A stretch of 64,000 bases of DNA, taken from assembly GCA_044892525.1 (NCBI GenBank), contig CM097885.1, forward strand, positions 235,602,001 to 235,666,000, read 5' to 3'. The translations under genes and the position numbers were made by a program. Position 1 is the stretch's first letter, and each line of letters starts with the position of its first letter. Positions 60,937 through 64,000 of the stretch are shown in pieces. This DNA comes from Schmidtea polychroa. Its lineage: Eukaryota. The notes under the pieces were generated by a model. It saw nothing but the letters and a program-made list of their open reading frames with translations, did no database searches and had not been told where the DNA came from.

Positions 60937-62111
60937 ATGGCATCAAACCAAACAAATCCAACAAACATTTCACAAACACCCAATAATAATGAAAACACAC
61001 ACATGATGGAAAATACGAATTACTACTATAATCCAAACACTAGCACAGATAATACACACACCATAAACTCAGTAATTAACCCAAGAACAAACATCCCAAA
61101 CTACTTTAGTGACGAAAATGGGACATCCCAAAATTGGCTTGAATTTGCTAAATTAACCCTAACCCTATCGGGAATAAAGTCAACGAAATCGCTATGTTCA
61201 AACATTATCCTGCACTCCCAAGTAGCAAACTGAACGAAATAGCTGACCAAATTGAGGAAATTTCAAAGAGCGAAGACCCGTTCAACAAGCTTTGCAACGT
61301 CCTAACAAACAAAAACAAAATCAACAGGAGGCAAATGCTGGAATCATGTCTCAACAACACACAACTTGGCGACAATAAACCAACAGATTTCCTTCGCCAA
61401 CTAAAACAAAAATTGGAGTACCTCCAACCAAACATCACTAATTCGGGATCAAACGAATTAGTAAAAGAATTTTTCATGCGAGAAATGCCACCCGAAATAA
61501 GACGTATCCTCGCAGCCAGTAGCAATTCGGACGTAGAAACGCTAGCAGACATAGCAGATAAAATCAATGAAGAAATTTATCCTACTATATGCAGCACACA
61601 AAATTACAACAAAAACAAAACTAATCACAACAACCAATCAAACAACAAGAACGCCGAACCAAATGAAACAACAAACCGATTAATAAACACTTTGATCAGC
61701 AAATTCGACGAAATAATTGTCGAAAACAGACAAATAAAAGCGGAACTAGCCGAAATAAAAGAGAAATACAACAGGCAAAATTTCAATCCAAACGAAAACA
61801 GAGACCTATTCAACAGAAACAATTTCAACACAGACCAACTATCATATAATCACAACAGACAAAACTATGACCGACCACCCAACGGAAACAACAGACAGAA
61901 CTACAGCCACAGACAATCCCCAAACGGACACTACAAAAACCGGTCAAACTCCCCAAACCGATACAACAATCACCGAAACTGCAGCCCAGAAAGGGATTCA
62001 AGAAATGATTTCCTAAACAAAAACCACTGCTACTTTCACAACAAATTCGGCGACAAAGCATATAAATGCATAAAACCCTGCGAATTCCACAAAACAGAGC
62101 AGGAAAACTAA
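60937..62111 (+). pseudogene. gag: Gypsy gag with a CHCC-type knuckle, split by a 1-nt frameshift near 61210
   Basis: ORFs 60937-61233 and 61194-62111 join as ...SNII/ALPSSKLNEIAD; LGDNKPTDFLRQL; CYFHNKFGDKAYKCIKPC. Confidence 0.85.
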
Positions 62112-64000
62112 AAATGTCACCATTGATAGCACCCACATTTGGTGACAATAATAATACTTTCACGGTGCATTCAAACAATACAGATTTTCTAATCGACACA
62201 GGTTCCGTGATCTCCCTATTACCACACTACTTATACAAAAATACAAAAACTACAGAAAAGTCACTAACCGCTGCCAATGGCTCCAAAATTAAAACATTTG
62301 GCCAACATACAATAACACTCACAATAAATTCAAAAAAATACAATTGGCCTTTCACAATCGCAGAAGTACAACAGTCAATAATCGGAGCCGACTTCCTAGC
62401 AAATTACAACCTAATAGTGGACTGCCGAAACAAGAAAATAGTCGAAAACAACAAAACAGACAAAGAAACAGCCAGGAACACAACATCGAACTTTTCGAAA
62501 GTAGACATCGGCGTGATTCAAACAAATACACCAACTATCAAAACAATCAAAACTATTGAACACGTACCAGAAATAGCCACACTACTGGCAAAATACGATA
62601 AACTCTGCGAACCAGTAACTTTCGATGGAAATTCAAACCACACTACTGAACACGCAATACTGACAAACGGAAACCCAGTCCACTCAAAAGTAAGACCATT
62701 GGATCCCAAAAAAATAGAAATCACAAAAAATATATTTAACGAACTGTTGGAAAACAATATAGTAAAACATTCAAACTCAGAATGGTCTTCAGCACTGATG
62801 CTAAAACAAAAAGCTAACGGGGAATGGAGAGCTTGTGGCGATTACAGGCTCCTGAACACAATAATAGAGCCAGACAGCTACCCATTACCTATAATAAAAG
62901 ACATAATAAATCGAATAAACGGGCAAAATATTTTTCAAAAATTGACCTACAAAAAGGATATCATCAGATCCCAATTAGAAAAGAGGACATAAAAAAGACA
63001 GCAATAACAACACCGATCGGCATGTTCGAATACAACCGAATGCCATTTGGTTTACGAAATGCAGCAGCAACTTTCCAACGATTCATGGATCAAACAATGA
63101 AAAACAACAAAAACACAATCGCTTATCTGGACGACATCCTAATAACAAGCCCAGACAAAGAAACACATCTAAAGGACGTGGAAAAAGTGTTCAAAACGCT
63201 GGACAATGCAAAACTAAAAATAAACACTCAAAAGTGCGAATTTATGAAAACGGAAATAAATTTCCTTGGTCACACGCTAAACGACAAAGGAACACAACCA
63301 ATAGAAAACAAAATAAACAATATAAAAAATTACAAATTACCGACAAACACAAGAGAATTGAGAAGATTTTTGGGAATGGTAAACTTTTACCATTCTTACA
63401 TCCCAAATTGCAGCAACCTACTGGTACCACTAAACGACATTATCAAAACCAAACGAAACGTAACAATAAACTGGACACAACAAACAACCGACACATTCAA
63501 TAAAGCCAAAGAAAGCCTATCAACGGCAACACTACTCGGTTACCCAGATCCAGAACTAGAGTATCAACTAACTACAGACTGTTCTGGTTTTGCAATGGGC
63601 GCAACAATTTTCCAGGAAAATAAATTCGGCAAACAACCACTGGGATTTTTCTCGAAAAAACTAAAATCACATCAAACAAGATACTCAACATTTGACAGAG
63701 AACTCCTAGCAATACACGAAGCAATCAAACACTTTCAACATTTACTCGAAGGACGAACCTTCAAAATATTCACAGATCACAAACCGCTAACAAACGCAAT
63801 AGAAATGAAAAACCCTTCACCAAGGCAGATTAGACAAATCAATTTCATTTCACAATTCAATTGCACAATAAACTACGTAGCAGGAAAATCAAACATAGCA
63901 GCTGATGCTCTATCAAGAATCGAAAGCGACATAAACTCCCTAGAATTCGGAGAAATAATCGAATTAGATCAAATCAAAACCAGACAAACCGATACATTAA
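62102..64000 (+). pseudogene. pol: Gypsy pol (protease-RT-RNase H), 1-nt frameshift near 62922, runs off the window
   Basis: FLIDTGS, WRACGDYRLLN, then in the shifted frame FSKIDLQKGYHQI, MPFGLRNA, AYLDDIL, TDCS, DRELLA, TDHKPL. Confidence 0.92.

Overview
AT-rich eukaryotic genomic DNA with 46-49 bp GT-AG introns and dense, nested transposons. It is probably an invertebrate such as a planarian, but that is inference only. The centrepiece is an apparently intact 14.83 kb Polinton/Maverick (adintovirus-like endogenous virus) at 9472-24301. It has AGTAGT...ACTACT ends, a 6-bp TSD (AACCCT), ~0.9 kb TIRs and a full gene set: pPolB, packaging ATPase, adenain protease, major and minor capsid proteins, a fibre-like protein, membrane-active proteins and a zinc finger-PLA2-integrase fusion. 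The most unusual signal is non-coding and lies in its TIRs: a tRNA-geometry Pol III cassette (box A, box B, oligo-T; 3 copies) and, outboard of it, a ~360-nt region of nested helices with possible pseudoknots, both reading outward. Around it are two Ty3/Gypsy elements with -1 frameshift signals, a broken hAT interrupted by a piggyBac, a second piggyBac derivative, several MITEs, Penelope remnants with minimal hammerhead ribozymes, and satellites. Two host genes are present: the 3' exons of an ionotropic glutamate receptor-like gene and a complete WDR75/UTP17 model. All calls come from reading the sequence; no searches or folding programs were run.
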